Assembly (NCBI GenBank): GCA_963845145.1
Contig: CAWJQU010000005.1
Location: forward strand, 864,001 to 928,000
Direction: 5' to 3'
Source of the DNA: an uncultured delta proteobacterium
Lineage (GTDB): Bacteria > Desulfobacterota > Desulfobacteria > Desulfobacterales > QNYZ01
Length of the DNA stretch: 64,000 nt
Shown here: in pieces, positions 61,805-64,000 of the stretch
Position numbering within the stretch: position 1 is the stretch's first letter
Layout: each line of letters begins with the position of its first letter
The notes under the pieces: generated by a model
What the model was told of the DNA's origin: nothing
Databases searched by the model: none
Seen by the model: the letters and a program-made list of their open reading frames with translations, nothing else
Made by a program: the position numbers and the translations under genes

Positions 61805-62518
61805 ATGAAAAACAAGGCTATACTGTTAGCAACTATTTTATCGGTAGTATTATTGTTGGTAGGATGTGGTGATGACGATGATGATAATGGTCTCACCCGA
61901 ACATTTACGATTCTGATCGAAAACATTTCTGATTCGTCCCCATTACCGACACCCCTTGCACCAGGGCCTTTTGCGGTCCACACAACACCTTATGTGCTAT
62001 TCCAATCGGGACAAAACGATTTCGGTGAGGGACTGGAGGCGATTGCCGAAGATGGCGACCCTTCGATGTTAGATGGAAATTTGGCCAATCATGCCAATGT
62101 ATCCGAACATGGTGTATTTAATACCCCCACAAACGCCGGCGGCCCAGGGCCCTTGCTTCCGGGATCCGGCGAAATGTACGAATTTTCTTTTACAGCTTCG
62201 CAGGGTGACCGCGTTTCATTTGCGACCATGTTGGTTCAATCCAACGATCTGTTTTTTGCGCCTTCGGATAGAGGGTTGGCATTGTTTAATGACAATACGC
62301 CTCTCAATGGGGATATTACCGCGCAAATCATGCTTTGGGATGCCGGTACGGAAGTTAACGAAGAACCGGGGGTAGGCCCCAATCAAGCACCCCGCCAAAG
62401 CGGACCCAACACCGGTCCGGATGAAAACGGGCCTGTTCGACTGGTCAGTCAGGTCAATGACGGTTATGTCTATCCACCCGTCACATCCCTTATCCGTGTG
62501 ATGATTTCATCACAATAG
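61805..62518 (+). CDS. Spondin_N-domain lipoprotein
   Basis: LVGC lipobox; LAPG.FAVH, GLEAIAEDGD, TMLVQSNDLF, LWDAGTEVNE. Confidence 0.85.
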   Translation: MKNKAILLATILSVVLLLVGCGDDDDDNGLTRTFTILIENISDSSPLPTPLAPGPFAVHTTPYVLFQSGQNDFGEGLEAIAEDGDPSMLDGNLANHANVSEHGVFNTPTNAGGPGPLLPGSGEMYEFSFTASQGDRVSFATMLVQSNDLFFAPSDRGLALFNDNTPLNGDITAQIMLWDAGTEVNEEPGVGPNQAPRQSGPNTGPDENGPVRLVSQVNDGYVYPPVTSLIRVMISSQ

Positions 62519-62628
62519 GGTTTATCCGAATGGGTATTTTTGCGGTGACCTGCAAAAATACCCTAATCGTTTTATGAGCGTAGCCCAATTCCACGATATC
62601 CATCGACCTTGATACGTAAAAATCAATG

Positions 62629-63318
62629 TCAAGACGTCGTGGATTTGTCGTATTGAGGCGTGATGATCAACTTCCCCTGGTCGGTCTCTTTGATTCGAAT
62701 GCCGTACCCTGTCAGGGTTATGGTAAGGGGGCGGCCGAACAGGAAATCGCATATAGCCGGGTCGATCTTGGCTTTTTCCGCCAAAAGCGAACGGATGTTG
62801 CGGTCGTAATGGATGATTTCAGAGAGGTCCTTTAGCACTTCTTTGTGATGAGATGTTTCCAGTCGGCTGATCAAATCCTTTAACCGTTTATAGTCACACC
62901 GCTCTTGGTGATCCCGGACCAGCTCCCAAAGCTCAGGTTGCTGCTGCAAAACGGTTTTGCGATCTAAACGATTCTCTGCGTAAAGCATTTCAATAGCGCG
63001 GGTGTCCCAGCATTCCAAGACGCGGCATTCGGCAGGTCGGTGCTGATAAATGCCGCAGGAATTTTGCCCATCATCCAGATAAATGCATGCCCAGGAGCCG
63101 ACTTTTCCCTTTATTTTAATAACATCAGCCGGTACAGGTACCAACCCACCACGCACATTGTCACGGGCCAATTCACCGGCACGAATCGTGTAAAGATGGG
63201 CCAACGGGATCAGGCCCTTTTCCACCAGAGGCAAGTCCTCAATGTGCAACCCAGGACTATTTTTCCGGCAGCAGGTGCCGCATTGGGCACAGGTTTGATG
63301 TTTTGCGGTGCTCTCCAT
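62629..63318 (-). CDS. YkgJ / FliB-like CxxCxxCC cysteine-cluster protein
   Basis: CAQCGTCC, CIYL...CGIYQHRP.ECR...C; start uncertain, as the ORF stays open further upstream. Confidence 0.8.
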   Translation of the reverse strand: MESTAKHQTCAQCGTCCRKNSPGLHIEDLPLVEKGLIPLAHLYTIRAGELARDNVRGGLVPVPADVIKIKGKVGSWACIYLDDGQNSCGIYQHRPAECRVLECWDTRAIEMLYAENRLDRKTVLQQQPELWELVRDHQERCDYKRLKDLISRLETSHHKEVLKDLSEIIHYDRNIRSLLAEKAKIDPAICDFLFGRPLTITLTGYGIRIKETDQGKLIITPQYDKSTTS

Positions 63319-63647
63319 AGAGATGCGTTTATCAAACTCAAAGCCGAGGGGCAATCTAAAAGGATCATCACGGACAAATTTGGCCTCACGCTCGACGATG
63401 CCCTGAGAGTTGAAACGCTGAACACCTATTCCAACATTGAAGGCCTCAAGGAAAACATCATTTTTTTCCAAAAACGGTTCTGGCTTTTTTAAATCGATTA
63501 CGTTATTTTAACCCATACTAATGGGTCTCCTTCTATTCGATGCTTATAATTCCGGGACATCAGGAAAATCCTTCGTTGTAAGATGTGAAAAATCTTATTT
63601 CCGGGCACGATGAGATTTATAAAGTAAAAAAAATATTAGGGAGAATT

Positions 63648-64000
63648 GTGGCTCAAAATCCTTTTCCTATAGATCCTGTTTTGGTTATTGACGATAATAT
63701 GGCGATTATCACGAGTGTTCACGATATTCTGCGCTCGGCCGGACTAAACCATGTGATCTCATGCCGGGACGCCAGAGATGTCATGACGTTGCTTTCCAAG
63801 CAAAAGGTAACGGTTATCCTGCTGGACCTATCCATGCCTCATATTTCAGGAGATGAGCTGCTTCCCAAAATTCAGGCGGAATATCCCCAGATACCGGTTA
63901 TAATCGTTACCGGCAACAATGTTTTGGAAAATGCGGTTCGTTGTATGACCAAGGGTGCCTTCGATTATATGGTGAAGCCGGTTGAAAGGCGCCGGTTAAT
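63648..64000 (+). CDS. Response regulator (REC domain; probably NtrC-type), runs off the window
   Basis: AGGGAG RBS, GTG start; VLVIDDN, ILLDLSMP, IIVTG, AFDYMVKP; absent from the ORF track because it has no stop in the window. Confidence 0.85.
   Translation, partial: MAQNPFPIDPVLVIDDNMAIITSVHDILRSAGLNHVISCRDARDVMTLLSKQKVTVILLDLSMPHISGDELLPKIQAEYPQIPVIIVTGNNVLENAVRCMTKGAFDYMVKPVERRRL

Noticed and set aside
66..63492. Many short overlapping or antisense ORFs in the six-frame track (for example 1368..1934, 10301..11011, 25437..26003, 31720..32334, 57016..57624)
   Set aside because: They are shadow frames of well-supported genes, with no recognisable motifs or RBS.

Overview
A gene-dense 64 kb bacterial window that most resembles an anaerobic Desulfobacterota (Desulfobacterales-like) chromosome. 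This is inferred from gene content and protein style. In order it holds: the 3' part of a non-canonical periplasmic nitrate reductase operon (napA, tetraheme NapB-like, tetraheme cytochrome c, NrfC-like, NrfD-like); an rnfCDGEAB operon that ends in an archaeal-type CTP-dependent riboflavin kinase fused to a HAD phosphatase and is preceded by a structured, terminator-containing leader; a Usp/DsrEFH-like operon; an AT-rich two-component/cytochrome island and a zraSR-like pair with several frameshift or nonsense lesions; htpG; sigma28-type chemotaxis genes, including a stand-alone TtrS-like binding protein beside an MCP; an IclR-linked acetylene-hydratase/catechol-dehydroxylase-family Mo/W enzyme with an FeS subunit and a phenylacetate-CoA ligase; pyk; an HPP/CBS/GAF/Usp cluster; a sigma54-controlled operon with a tungsten-family AOR, two omega-aminotransferases and a TRAP transporter; and a second MCP, cheV and small genes. 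The best candidates for undescribed biology are the riboswitch-like rnf leader with its flavin kinase/phosphatase, the AOR/aminotransferase/TRAP amine pathway, the dehydroxylase-like/PaaK locus and the TtrS-like chemosensory pair. No rRNA, tRNA, CRISPR array or intact mobile element was seen. All calls come from manual motif recognition; no searches or folding programs were run.
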